Shown here: piece after piece, positions 22,864 through 36,487 of the stretch
How positions within the stretch are numbered: position 1 is the stretch's first letter
How the letters are laid out: the number at the start of each line of letters is the position of its first letter
Source: the human T2T-CHM13v2.0 reference genome, Homo sapiens
Strand: one strand, 5' to 3'
NCBI RefSeq assembly: GCF_009914755.1
Contig: NC_060935.1
DNA length: 64,000 nucleotides
Position numbers and translations under genes: made by a program
The notes under the pieces: model-generated
The model's database searches: none
What the model saw: only the letters and a program-made list of their open reading frames with translations
Told to the model about the DNA's origin: nothing

Positions 22864-25800
22864 AATAGGATCAAAACAGCAAATATCAATATTAACCATG
22901 AATGTAAATGGTCTAAACTCCCCACTTAAAAGCCACAGATGTCTTCAAGAGACCAATCTTATACATAATGACACCCATAGGCTCAAAGTAAAGGGCTGGA
23001 GAAAGATCTACTATGCAAATGGAAAAAAAAAAAAAGCAGAAGTCATCACTGTTATGTCAAATAAAATTCAACCAGAAGACTTAACTATTCCAAATATATA
23101 TACAGCCAACATTGGCACCTCTAGTCCATAAAACAAATACTTCTAGACCTACAAAAAGACTTAGCCATGCAATAACAGTGGGGGACTGCGAGACCCCTAC
23201 TGACAGTATCAGACAGATCATTGAGGCAAAAAACTCACAAACAAATTCTGGACTTAAACTCGACACTTGACCAGTTGGACCTAATAGACATCTATAGAAT
23301 ACTCCAGCTATCAACCACAGAACTAAGATTGACCACCACTGAAATAATACCAACCATGCTCTCATACCACAGTGGAATGAAAATAGAAATCAATACCAAG
23401 AAGATCTCTCAAAACCATATAATTACATGGAAATTAAACAAATTGTGCCTGAATGACTTTTGGGTAAACTATGAAATCAAGGCAGAAATCAAAAAAATCT
23501 TTGAAATAAATGAAAACGGAGACACAACATATTAAAATCTCTGAGATACAGCAAAAATAGTGTTGAAAGGAAAGTTTATAGTGCTAAATGCCTACTTCAA
23601 AAAGTCAAAAAGTTCTCAAATTAATGATCTAACATAACACCTAGAGGAACTAGAAGAACAAGAAAGACTAATCTCAAAGCTAGCAAAGGAGAAGAAAATA
23701 AATAAATCCAAGTAGAACTGAATGAAATTGAGACCGAAAAATCCGTACAAAGAATCAACAAAACCCAAAGTTGGTTTTTTGAAAGGATAAACAAAATCAC
23801 TAGAATGGTGGCTAGAATAATAAGGAAAAAGAGAGAGAAGATCCAAATAAGAACAATCAGATATGACAAAAGTGACATTAAACCAATCCCACAGACATAC
23901 AAAAGATCCTCAGAAACTATTATGAATGCCTCTATGCACACAAACTAGAAAATCCAGAGGAAAATGATACATTTCTGGGAGCACACAATCTCCCATGATT
24001 GATCAGGAACAAATTGAAGCACTGAACAGACTAATATTGAATTCCAAAATTAAATCAATAATTTTAAAAACTTACCAACCAAAAAAAGTGCCCCAGATCA
24101 GATGGATTCACAGCCAAATTCTACCAGACATACAAAGAAGAGCTGTTATCAATTCTACTGAAACTATTTCAAAAAATCAAGAAAGAGAGACTCCTCCGTA
24201 ACTCATTTTATGAATCTCATAACCCCCTGAGACAAAAACCTGGCAAAGACAGAATGTGAAAAGAGAACTATAGGCCAATATCCCTCATGACCGTACAGGC
24301 AAGTATCCTCAACAAAATACTGGTGAACCAAATTCAACAGCACATCAAAAAGTTAATTCACCATGACCAAGTAGGCTTCATTTGCAGATGCAAGGTTGGT
24401 TCAACATATGCAAATCAATAAATGTGATCCACAACATAAATAGAATTAAAAACAAAAAACATATGGTCATCTCAATAGACAAAGAAAAAGCTTTCAATGA
24501 AATTAAACACTTCTTCATGATAAAAACCATCAAGAAATTAGGCATTGAAGGAACATAGCTCAAAATAATAAGAGCCATCTATGACAAACCCATACCCAAC
24601 ATTATACTGAATGGGCAAAATCTGGAAGCATTCCCCTTGAGAACTGGAATAAGACAAGGTTGCCCACTCTCACCACTTCTATTCAATAAAGTACTGGAAG
24701 TGCTAGCCAGAGCAATCAGAAAAGAGGAAGAAATAAAAAGCATCCACATAGGAAAAGAAGAAGTCAAACTCTCTCTTTTCATGAATAATCTGATTCTATA
24801 CCTTGAAAAACCTAAAAACTCCACTTAAAGGGTCCTGGATCTCATAAATGGCTTCAGCAAAGTTTCAGGATACAAAGTCAATTCATAAAAATCGGTAGCA
24901 TTTCTATACACCAAAAACATTCAATCTAGGAGCCAAATCTAGAATACAACCCCATTTACAATAGCCACAAAAAAGTACCTAAGATTATATCTAACCAAGG
25001 AAGTAAAAGATCTCTACAAGGAGAAACACAAAACACTGCTAAAAGAAATCACAGATAACACAAACAAATTGAAAAATATTTTATGTTCATTCACTGGAAG
25101 AATCAATATCATGAATATCATCATACTGCCCACCACCAATGTCATTCTTTACAGTATTGGAAATAACTATTCTAAAATTCATATGGAAACAAAAAAGAGC
25201 CTGAGTGGCCAAAGCAATCCTAAGCAAAAAGAACAAAGTTGGAGGCATCACATTACCCAACTTCAAACTATATTATAAGGCTACAGTAACCAAAACAGCC
25301 TGGTACTGGTACAAACATAGACATGTAGATCAATGGAACAGAGTAAAGAACCTAGAAATAAAGTCACACACCTACAGCCATCTAATCTTGGACAAAGTTG
25401 ACAAAAATAAGCAATGGGGAAAGGATGCCCAATTCAATAAATGGTGCCAGGATAGCTGGCTAGTCATATACAAAGGAATGAAACTGTACCCCTACTTTTC
25501 ACCATATACCAAAATTAACTCAAGATAGATTAAAGATTTAAATGTAAGATGTCAAACTATAAGAATCCTAGAAGAAAACCTAGGAAACATCATTCTGGAC
25601 ATGAGCCTTGGGAAATAATTTATGCCTGTCCTCAAAAGCAATTGCAACAAAAACAAAAATTGACAAGTGGTACCTAAATAAACTAAAGATCTTCTGCACA
25701 ACAAAAGAAACTACAGACAACCTACAGATCAGCAGAAAATCTTGCAAACTATGCATCCAATAAAGGTCTAATATCCAGAATCTAGAAGGAACTTTTTAAC

Positions 25801-26449
25801 AATCGAACAAGCAAACACCAAATAACCCCATTAAAAAATGGCCAAAAGACATGAACAGACACTTCTCAAAAGAAGATATGCAAGAGGACAGCAAATATAC
25901 AAAAAAATACTCATCACGAATCATCAGAGAAATGCAAATTAAAACTACAATGAGATACCATCTCACACCAGTCACAATGACTATTAAAAAGTCAAAAGCA
26001 ACAGATGTTGGTGGGGCTGTGGAGAAAAGGAACACTCATACACTGCTGGTGGGAATGTAAGTTACTTCAGCCACTTTGCAAAGCAGTTTAGATATTTCTC
26101 AAAGAACTTAAAACAGAACTACTATTTGACCCAGCAATCCCATTATTGGGTATATACCCCCACCAAAAAAAACAACAAATTATTCTACCAGAAAGACACA
26201 TGCACTCATATGTTCATTACAGCGCTATTCACAATAGCAAAGTCATGGAATCAACCTAGGTGCCCATCAACAGTAGATTGGACAAAGAAAATGTATATAT
26301 ACACCATGGAATACTACATACCCATGAAAAAGAATAAAATCATGTCCTTTGCAGCAATGGGGATCCAGCTGAAGGCCATTATCCTAAGCAAATTATCACA
26401 GGAACAGAAAATCAAATACCACATGTTTTCACTTACAAGTGGGAGCTAA
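22864..26449 (+). pseudogene. L1 ORF2 remnant (EN/RT/C-terminal), disrupted
   Basis: NVNGLNSPLK (EN), [25 protein letters not shown] (RT), catalytic FADD decayed to [40 protein letters not shown]. Confidence 0.9.
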
Positions 26450-28140
26450 ACTTTGGGTACTTATGGACATAAAGATGGCAACAATAGACACTGGGGGCTG
26501 CCAGAGAAGGGAAGGAGGGAGAGGTCAAGGGTTGAAAAACTCACTGTTGGGTAACATGCTTACAACCTGGGTGACAGAATCATTTGTACTCCAACCTCAG
26601 CATCACCCAATATGTCCAGGCAACAAACCTGCACGTGTACCCCCCGAATCTAAAAATAAAAGTTGAAAAAAAGACCGTTGTACAAATTTTAAAACAACAA
26701 ATAGAATTAGCATCATACAAACATATTCTGCTTGTGCCAGGAGCCGAGTTCAGAATCCAGTACATTCCTGCTCAGTTTTCACTGTCCAAAAATGATCTGC
26801 ATTGTGAGAGCCTGAACTCCCATCAGCTTGGGCTCTAGAATCTACACTGTCACCAAACTCAAGCATTTATTGACTGCCTACCATGTGCCAAACATCGTAA
26901 TACATCTTGGGTCCATCGTTTCTGGGTTTTCTGTTTAGCAAATCGGCCCTGGGGCAGCCTACTGGCCCTCCTCTATAGGCCTAGACTACAGAAAAGCGAC
27001 TGCTTACCTCCGACCACACCAGGAGGCACCGCCCAGTGGCCAGGCACTCTGACTGCAATGTCCAATCCCTCCACCACTCAACCACAGGGGAAAGTGTGTC
27101 ATTCTCAGAGTCCTCTAGGCCACATCTAAGCTGCTGCGCTTTCCTTTCCCTCTCTCCCCACCTGTTTCCATGAATTAGAAGCCACTGAAATGTAAAAGCA
27201 AATAAATAACAAAGCTTAGCAGGGACTAAGAAGCTGAGAGGGCCACTGAATGTCCCAGCACTCCGCCTTCCTGCCCATCTGAGAGGCCGCAGGCAGCCAG
27301 GGAATCTCACTCCTGGGGCGCCAAAAGCAACAGGAGCCACTGACCAGAATTCCGTTTGCTTTTTCCCCTCCTCTTCTCTCTGGATGATTTTTCCATTCCC
27401 TCCTTGCCAGGGCTGCTCTGGAGGACCCAAGAGAAGCCAGGCCAGCTTGCTAACTCAGGAAAATGGCACATGTGGGCCATTTTCCACATGCTTCATGTGG
27501 GCTTAAGAAAGGCCAGCCGGGGTTCTCTTGTAAGAAGTCTGATTTTTTTAAGGGAAGTGATAAAAAGAGACACAGATTAGTCCCTGCACCCCCTCCCATG
27601 TTCCCTTCTTGGCCCCTAGCACTGACCACTGGACAGGGAGATTCTGTAAGCCTCCTTTTCTTCCCATTGTCTTACAAAGGATGAATCCCAAGGAGGCAAA
27701 GATGGGTCCCAGCAGTCCATGCAGAAGGGAGGCTTCTGCAGATCGCACTTAATTTAATTATTGTCAAAAGCCTAGCAGGAAAAACCAAGGAAATAAAACC
27801 TGAATTACTGGATTTTGGTTTTAATTACTGTGGTGAATATGTCTCTTCTATTTGTCATATTTTCACTTTGTTTGATCTCTGTGTTGACACAGTCACAGTC
27901 TGGAATGAGGGGATTCTCAACAAGCTTCCCATTCTCTCAAAATGCCCACTTAAAAGGAAGTCCAGAACTCCCTTAGGACTTGCTTACCTCCTCAGTACTC
28001 TTGGCTTTCACATCCTCCTTTTCATTTCTTCATCCTTCAATTTTATGACATGCATTTAGGAGAAAACTATGAGTACTTTTGATCTGATTTCCACACAATG
28101 GAGATGTTTTCTGAGTTTCATCCTGGGCTTTCTGCTTTAA

Positions 28141-28573
28141 CCCCTTCAATGGCTCCCTGCCCTAGAGCAGTGGCTGGACCCCTAAGCGCTGCACACAGAG
28201 GCCTTATGCCATTTCTCTAGCACACGCAGGCGAGCTACTTTCCCTTCCTGGCCTATACCATGCTGTCATCCAGCTTTGGCTGGAATACCTGGCCCACCAT
28301 GTTCACCTGAAAAATCTTGATTCGCCCTTTAAACTCTGCCCAAATGTCCTGTGAAACTGTCACCAGGAAGGGTTTGATGTGTCTCTAACTCTCATGACGC
28401 TTTTTACTGTACATTGTGATTCTGTTTGTTCAGTCCTTCCCACTGCATGGAGCTCTTTCTGGGCAAGATTCATACAAGTTCATCTGCGAATGCTCAGAAT
28501 GTAGAAATAGCATTGCTTGGCTGTGATAGGCACTCACACTCCTTCTTGTTAAATAAATAGACGAATGGATGGA
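28141..28573 (+). mobile_element. L2 3' region followed by a GA-rich tract to ~28640
   Basis: ccttcaatggctccc...ggaatacc...taggcactcac...ttgttaaataaatagacgaatggatgga. Confidence 0.6.
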
Positions 28574-29739
28574 GAGAGAGAGAGAGAGGAGAGAGAGAAA
28601 GAGAAAAAAGGAAGGAGGGAGGGAAAGGAAGGGAGAGAACTGGAGTTCTGATGCACAACTTTCTTTATATAAGATTATAAAGGTCACCTTTCTGTACCTA
28701 CCACCTCTTTGCTGATGTCTTTTGTTCCATTTCCAGATGTTCAAAGCTCACGTCAAAAGAAAACCTCCACTGTCAGTACTCCATCCGCCTCCATCCCTCA
28801 GATAATATTCCTCTTTTCTTCAAATCCCTTAGATCCTATAAAAATTACAGGTCCTAGGTCTCATGCCTTCATGACTCTTGAAGGGAGAGGGTGTGAGGGG
28901 GATGGCAGAGAAGCTAATTCACACTGTAGTACTGCTGAGTATTACTTATCCCCTCTCATTTAACATTTGAAATTTCAGCAAAGTTTTTATTGCCTTAACC
29001 CTAATGAGTGAGAGTTATAAGATGTGGATTCCTCTGCCAGGGGATATATTTTGCAGGGCGAAAGGGAGATTCTGGACCTCTTTAATTACCCATGGATTTT
29101 ATACTGTTTGTATAATCACACCAAATAACTGCTTTATCCAAAGCTAAAGTAGACCCATGAGGGTCGCTGCCTAATACAGGCCCTTAAAGTCTCCGAAATC
29201 TTTATTTGGAATCTACAGAGGAAGTCTGGGGATATGGGGCAAGTGGGGAATGGAGCAGAGAGATAAGGAAAAAGAAGGAAGGAAGCAAGAAAAGAAAGGG
29301 GGGAAAAGAAATCCTTTGGGAGTGTTCAGTGCAATTTGTCTCCTCTCTCGCACATGCTTAATCCATGAGCCGAAAGTCTTTACAGGATCTGTCAGTGCTC
29401 ATGGAAACAGGAAACTTGCAAGGAAGTCTCTAAAGAGGAAGATATGTTTCAGAAGATAAATTAACACTCTGTAAGCCCAGAGATGGTCCTTGGTTGGGCA
29501 TGAGCTAAGACAAAAGGAACACTAAAGGATTCTCAGAACATAGAGCATGGCGGACCAACAGGAATGGGCACTCTGGAGGCTGTGGTTGCTCCTGCTGCCA
29601 CAAAGAGGAACACCGAGACAATTGTCTAGATGAATAAGTCCCCCACCCCACCCTGACTGCTATTTCTTTAAATACCTCACATTTCAGGCAGACAATAGCT
29701 CATGTCATTATAACCTAAATGAATCTCAACTCCTCACTT

Positions 29740-30065
29740 CCCTCTATAAGCGTAGAGTCTCTATCACAGTTTTCACTCCACTCTGCTACGAAATAATCTC
29801 TGACTACCCAATACTGGGGCAGGGAGCCCTCCTATCTGCTCCCACAGCTCCCAGGATGATGTTACAAAATAAACTGCCCCATAATCACCTGATTACTTGT
29901 CTGAAATCCCATACTCTATATACTCAGTTAGAGCAGAGACTAGGCCCTCTTTACTCTGATATCCGTAGCTAAGTACAATGCATGACACATGATAGACATT
30001 GTCTTGCCGTCTATCAACCAGGCATAAGGCAGATATTCAATTAATATTTGTTGAATTGAATAAAA
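29740..30065 (+). mobile_element. L2 3' end
   Basis: ttacttgtctg...gagcagagact...gcatgacacatgatagac...aatatttgttgaattgaat. Confidence 0.5.
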
Positions 30066-30079
30066 TATTGGCCCCACTT

Positions 30080-30310
30080 AATAACAAGAGTAAATACGTA
30101 TATAGTGCTTGCTGTGTGCCAGGCGCTGATCTCATTTAATCTTCACAATGACCCTCTGAGGTCTATACTAGCATTTTACAGATAAGAGAACTAAGACACA
30201 AAGAAATGGAGGTCTTGCCCAAGAACACCCAGGAAATAAGTGGCACACACAGACTGTGGACCCAGACAGTCTGGCTGCAGAGCCTGTGTTCTCAACCACT
30301 ACACAACATT
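30080..30310 (-). mobile_element. MIR
   Basis: tgtgtgccaggc...ctcatttaatcttcacaatgaccctctgagg...cattttacagataagagaactaagacaca. Confidence 0.75.
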
Positions 30311-30879
30311 GTCTCTCTTAAACTTTGAGAAACTTCCAATTAACAAACAATTACTCCAGCTATTCCAGATCTGGAGACAGAGAAGGCTAAGCAAGCCATG
30401 ACTCCTTTTAAAAATATCCAGGGACATCTTGTATTAACCTGGGTCAGGGTTACTCGAAGCATTCATACACCAAGTTATACGCTACCAATCTCCTCAAATG
30501 ATGTAAAGAGCATGCTTTGCAATGCACTAGCAAAAAAGGCTCTGTGGATCTTAAGTGCTACAGAGACCCCTCTTTCATTCAAAATTCTCCCACTATTTAA
30601 AAAGTTCTTCTCTTTCTAACATTGTGCTGAAATCCCCTTTATTGTCATACATGAAAAAAAAAAGAATAGTATAAATATAATCCCCATGTTACAGGAACAA
30701 AATGGTTCTACCACTTCAGGAATGCAGGGGTATATTATAACCATCTGATATGGAAATTTCTAATAGATGTTCAGTCTATAAAATGGCCCTGAGACAGTCT
30801 CCTTCAGGCACTACACCAATAGCACCGTGATAGCGCAGCTCGGAGTGACAGACCTGCCCTTCACATTCGCAGCATCCAG

Positions 30880-31950
30880 TTCCAGAGCCTCAGTGGAGGC
30901 CAGCACAGCATATGTCTAAATATTTAGAAGTTTAAATAAATCAAGCTAGCAAACTGGTACATAAATATGTTCTGTCCTCCTTGATAAAGAAGCTTTTGCA
31001 ATGACAATATCATATAAAGCATGTTTAATAGTGTTAAAAATGAGCAAAATATCAAAGACTAATAGAATATTAATTTATCTTGAAGGCTTGTTTGTTCTCT
31101 TAATGGACGAACAATGTTTGACTGAGAATAAAATAAAGACAAACATAAAGAATAAATTGTAATATATTTATCCCAAAAACTTTATTTCTCACACTTACAT
31201 TTTGGCCAAATTATTAATTATATAGTTATAATCAGGATTTTCACATAATTTAGATTCTATCAAAAGTACTAACTTAAAGGTAAAATGTAATTTTACTCAA
31301 AATGTAAACATTTTGAATACATGTCACCAAAAACCTAAATTAAAGTGAATATTAAGGGGGGGAAATTAAAATTATTGTTCATATGTTTTCAGAAGTTTTT
31401 CTCCTTGAAAATTCTTTAAATTGGGAGAGGGGGGAGGGATAGCATTAGGAGATATACCTAATGTAAATGACAAGTTAATGGGTGCAGCACACCAACATGG
31501 CACATGTATACATATGTAACAAACCTGCACGTTGTGCACATGTGCCCTAGCACTTAAAGTGTAATAAAATAAATAAATAAATAAATAAATAATTCTTTTA
31601 TGTGTAAATTATGTATTAAAATTAAAAGGTCAAGTACAAATTATGGATAATAGATATCAAATTTTAAATAAAAACTGATTATATTAATAAAGGCCGACAT
31701 CTTAAAATAATTTTTGAACATTTAAGATTGTTAAATACTTTTATAAAAAGGAAGCTCTTTGGAATTCTAACATTTACTGTCTTTTTGACTGCAAGTATAA
31801 AGAATCATTATCACACTTGATTCTTGCTGCCTAGGCCTCCACGTGCACAAATGCAAGCGTAATATGAATTGTTCAGTATTGCAAAATGTTCCTGAGGCAC
31901 CGTGCGCAACTATTGCAAACACCGTGAAAATGTGTGAGTCCCTCCAAAAC
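30880..31950. mobile_element. Probable AT-rich DNA transposon remnant (hAT-Tip100/Zaphod-like)
   Basis: aaataaatcaagctagcaaactg...aaatatgttctgtcctcc resembles the recalled Zaphod/MER115 consensus; abrupt AT-rich block. Confidence 0.35.
31422..31590 (+). mobile_element. 5'-truncated young L1PA 3' end
   Basis: gggagggatagcattaggagatatacctaatgtaaatg...aacaaacctgcacgttgtgcacatg; (TAAA)n tail; AATTCTTT on both flanks. Confidence 0.9.
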
Positions 31951-32379
31951 CACACCTCACAAAGCCAAGACAGGCAAGAAAATGGATTTATACTTCTTGA
32001 GGCACGTCTCCCTTGCATTCATGCCATTGGAGACAAAAGACTTGAAACATGCTAAGTTTGTCTTTTCTCTTACCTAAGGTTAATACTTCCTCCGTGCGCA
32101 TCTGCCCGGCCCTCCCCAGTGTTGGCAGCAGCCCTGACCCCATGCCTGTACAGTTGGTGGACTCAGGGCGGAGAACGGCTTCCCTGGGACCTGCCCGGCA
32201 CTAGTCACACTAGCAGAAGCACATAGGTGTGGGGGCAGAAATATGTGCCTTTTCTTTTCTTTCCAGAGGACTTGCAACCTTACTTTTGATTTTCTCTTTT
32301 AATTAAGGGTTAATCTCAGAGCATTAATTTCCCAGGAGGTAAGTTTTCTGGATATATTTTATTATTTGTTTTTAATTAT

Positions 32380-34280
32380 GGTAGATTATGATCTAATCTT
32401 CCAAACAAATTATCTTCTTAGTTTGTCAAGGTTTTCAAGTACGTGATGTATTTTTGTAACTGTTCCTTGAACATATGAAAAAGTATGTATTTTTAAGTTA
32501 AAATATGAAAGTATGTACACATAATTGAATATCAAATGTGTATATATGCATAATATATGCATATATGTATATGTAATTAAATTGCATTTATTGATTATAT
32601 AATTCAATTTACCAATAACCCTACTTGTTTTTGTCTATGTGATATTGCAAGTTCTGAGAAACATACATTGCAGTTTTCTCCTGTAATGTTATTTTTATCA
32701 AGTTTTTTCTTTTTATTACTTTTTATGTATGGCTTAATGCAAACATTTATATCGTATATATCTTCATAAATTATGCTTTTTCAGCTTTTCATAACTAGGC
32801 TTCTTTTCTTCTTTTTAGTATCTCTAAATGTAAACTTTTATAAGATTAATTTTACCCCTTCTTTCTTTTTATTAGCATTTATTGGGTGTAATGCTTATTC
32901 ATTTCTTGATTTTAAACTAGTCATTTTCACTTTAAGTGTTTTTCTAAGAGACAGTATATAACTGAATTATGTTCCTTAAATTCCAGTCTGATATCTCTGT
33001 TTTTAATAACACAATTCAGTTCATTCATATATATTGCAATAATAAGAATGAGAAAGAGGAGGAGAAGGGAGAGGAGGAGGAGAAGGGAGCAGAGGAGGCT
33101 CACTCATCTAATGTTGCCATGTTCTAAGTACTTTATGTGAGTGAACTGCTCAAGTCTCAAGCCCACTAAGGCTATTAATCACAATACCGTATGGCTGCTC
33201 AGTTTATGTTTGCTATTAATTTTACTTTGCTTGTTTCTTCTTCCTTTGTCCCTATTTTTTCTTATTTGATTAAGTGGCTATTCATTGCAGTTTCCCTCTT
33301 TGTTAGAGTTCTTCTGGAATTTCTTCTCCCTTGAGGGCTAACATTTTTCTCCAAGTGCCCTTAATCCAGCATGTAATTCTGTACTATTGCTTGAAAACAA
33401 AATATCAACTATTTCTCCCTCCAAGAGGTTTTTTCCCCATCTCTCTATATTCTAATACAAAGAGATATTTAAAACATTACCTCTTCCTAATCCTGTTTGC
33501 CCAAAAAGTAATCTTCACAAAATTGTTCCTTTTCCACTCCACCAGCTCATTTTATTATGATTGTTTAATTCCGGAACAGTATTAGGATCTCCCTTATAGT
33601 CTGTATGGTCTATACCTTTATTTTAAGAATTGTCATCTAGCACCCACAGTGCATTTCCAGAACAGCCTACCGTTAATCCATTAGATTTTAGTTTGGATTC
33701 ACTGGTTGTTACATTATTTGACCATTTCATAATTTTCCCTGTTACAGACAAGAGGTCAGATGCCAGTCTGATTGCTTCTTATTTATCTATAATTTGTTCT
33801 TTCTGTCTGGAAAATTTAAGGATTTTTCACTCTAATTTTGAAACTTGGTAATTTTACAAGAATGTGCCTACTAGCATCCAATATTTATTATATGCTGGAA
33901 ACTAAACAATTTTCATGTATCAATTCATTGAATCCTTACAAGAAAACATAACGAGACAAATACTGTTATTAGATCCATTTGACAGATGAGGAAACTAAGC
34001 TCAGAGATTAGGTGCATGGCCCAAGTTCAAACAGCTCATAAGTAGTAAAGCATTGGAGGCTTCAAGTCCAAATGATTTGTCTCCAGAAAATCTGCTGTTG
34101 ACCACTTACCACAAGTACTTTTTTAAAAATTGAACTTGACTGGATCTTCATGCCCTCTTTGATTTTGTAGACTTAGGCTTTTTTTCAGCTGAGGAATATA
34201 TCCTTCTATACTTGAGATTTTTTTTTAAATTGACTTCCGTTTGTGGGTTCTTTTGTATCTACTGCAATTGGTTTAATTGT
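32380..34280 (-). mobile_element. Ancient L1M (ORF1/EN) remnant, fragmented
   Basis: Minus ORF TFSYVQGTVTKIHHVL resembles L1 EN TFFSSAHGTFSKIDHIL; gatgccagtctgatt... ORF1-type antisense sequence. Confidence 0.55.
33880..34112 (-). mobile_element. MIR
   Basis: ccatttgacagatgaggaaactaagctcagaga core. Confidence 0.75.
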
Positions 34281-34283
34281 CCC

Positions 34284-34646
34284 TATATTAGTCCATTTTC
34301 ATGCTGCTGATAAAGACATACCTGAGACTGGGCAATTTACAAAAGAAAGAGGTTTAACGGACTTACAGTTCCACGTGGCTGGGGAAGCCTCACAATCATG
34401 GGGGAAGACAAAAGGCGTGTCTCATATGGTGGCAGAGAAGAGAAGAGAATGAGAGCCAGATGAAAGGGGTTTCCCCTTATAAAACCATCAGATCTGGTGA
34501 GATTTATTCACTACCATGAGAACAGTATGAGAGAAACCACCTTATGACTCAATTATCTCCCACTGGGTCCCTCCCACAACACGAGGAAATTAGGGGAGCT
34601 ACAATTCAAGATGAGATTTGGGTAGGGACACATCAAAGCCATATCA
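34284..34646 (-). mobile_element. THE1B-like solo LTR
   Basis: tatattagtccattttcatgctgctgataaagacata...aagccatatca; TSD gtccc/gtgcc. Confidence 0.9.
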
Positions 34647-35010
34647 GTGCCCCTCTTTCACTCTTTCATAGTACCATGGAGGTACCCCAGTTTCATGTCT
34701 ACTGAGCACATGTAATATTCTGGTTACTTATATATCTCCACTAATAAACTATCAGTTGCTCAAGGGCAGGTAATTTGTCATATTCACTGATGTATCCCCT
34801 TTATCTATTTTAATGCTTGACATATGGTAGGTGCTCAATAAATCTTGATGTATTTATTTATTATTAAATAAATGGAATAACCTCACTCCCAGATGTACTA
34901 TGCAATGTTGACTAATACTGTAGCAAGTCCTCCAAACTCTTTCCTTCTATCAACCCATGGGTATTTATCTCACGGAGCCAGCTAAGTCTATGCAATGTCT
35001 GGTTTACACC

Positions 35011-35385
35011 TGTATTAGTCCCTTCTCACACTGCTAAAAAGAACTGCCCAAGACTGAGTGATTTATAAAGGAAAGAAGTTTAATTGACTCACAGTTCAGC
35101 ATGGCTAGGGAGGCCTCAGGAAACTTACAATCATGGTGGAAGGTGAAGGGGAAGCAAGGCACCTTCTTCACCCTACAGGATGGAGAATGAACGAAGGAGG
35201 AACTATCAAACACTTATAAAGCCATCGGATCTCCTGAGAACTTACTCACTATCATGAGAACAGCATAGGAGAAACTGCCCTCCTGATTCAATTACCTCCA
35301 CCTGGTCTCTCCTTTGACATGTGGGGATTATGGGGATTATAATTCAAGATGATATTTTGGGTGGGGACACAGACAAACCATATCA
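35011..35385 (-). mobile_element. THE1D-like solo LTR
   Basis: tgtattagtc...aaaccatatca; perfect TSD ACACC at 35006-35010 and 35386-35390. Confidence 0.92.
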
Positions 35386-35459
35386 ACACCCTATCTTTAC
35401 AGGGTCACAATCGGCCAGCACACTCTTTTTCCCAGACAATCAGACTAAAAGCACAGTAC

Positions 35460-36309
35460 TGTTTTTCTATACTCACGACACTTCTGACACCAAATTGTGG
35501 GTCTATTCCACCCCAAATTATTTCCCAGTTCTCCAAATACCCACTAGGTTTCCTATAATTCAATTCCATTTTCACGTTACCTACCTGGAGTTAGTTAATG
35601 TCAGATCCTGCAAGTTACAGACTCAGTCCTACACGGCTGCCCCCACTTTAGATGCCAATCACGGGTCCAGGCCTCCTGCACTTCTGACAGACTAGCTATA
35701 AATCAGGGCTTCCCAACAGCCTCTCCTTGAGTTCAGTAATGTGCTAGAATGGCTTAAAGAACTCAGTAAAAGTTTATCATTACCTATTATTATCAATTTA
35801 TTACAAAGGAGATTTTAAAGGATACAAATGAATAATGGCCAGACTAAGAGATACGTTGAGTGAGGCCACAGAGGGTCCTGAGCCCAGGAGCTTCTGTCCT
35901 TGAGGAGTTAAGGTGCACCACTCTTCTGGAACATGGATGTGTTCTTGTTCACCAACCTGGAAGCTCTCCAGACCCTGGTGTTCAGTGTGTTCATGCAGGC
36001 TTCATTACTTAGGCACGATTGATTAAAGCATTGGCCATTGGTGATTGAACTCAGTCTCCAGTCTCTCTTCCTTCCCTAGATGTCAGAGGATGGGGCTGAA
36101 AGTTTCAACCTTCTAATCACATGGTTGGTTCCTCTGGGAACCAGCTCCCACCCTCCAAGAGTCACCTCCTTAGCATAAAATCTGATATGGCTGAGAAAGC
36201 TTTATTATAAATAACAAAAGAGGCTCTGCTCATACCCACCACTCAGGAGAGTCCAAGGGTTTTAGGAGTTCTGTGCCAGGAACTAGCGACAAAGCTCAAA
36301 TATATATAT

Positions 36310-36344
<35 letters not shown>

Positions 36345-36487
36345 ATTTTTAATATTATCATTATTTGTCATTTCATTTTTGGCCCAGTCTGGTCGCAAAC
36401 TCTCTGGCCTTAAGTAATCCTCCTGCCTCGGCCTCCCAAAGTGCTGGGATTACAGGCTATATTTCTTATTATGATGCAATATCCCAT
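35460..36487 (-). mobile_element. MER21-like LTR containing a (TA/CA)n tract (36300-36343) and an Alu fragment
   Basis: cacttctgacaccaaa...ctacctggagttag...ttcaccaacctggaagctctcc...ccaagggttttaggag...tatatttcttattat. Confidence 0.8.
36376..36457 (-). mobile_element. Alu monomer fragment
   Basis: tcctcctgcctcggcctcccaaagtgctgggattacaggc. Confidence 0.8.

Larger units (their letters stand above)
19836..26672 (+). mobile_element. Full-length inactive LINE-1, L1PA15/16-like
   Basis: 5' CAAGATGGC (YY1 box), long 5'UTR, ORF1 and ORF2 remnants, 3'UTR ending cctcagcatcacccaatat...aatctaaaataaaagttgaaaaaaag; possible degenerate TSD aaaagac...aca at ~19797 and ~26669. Confidence 0.92.

Noticed and set aside
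22864-26449. L1 ORF2 as an active reverse transcriptase
   Set aside because: Many stops, frameshifts and deletions; catalytic aspartates lost
34284-35385. Two THE1 LTRs as the ends of one provirus
   Set aside because: Different subfamilies, separate TSDs, and the intervening DNA is L2-like rather than MaLR internal sequence
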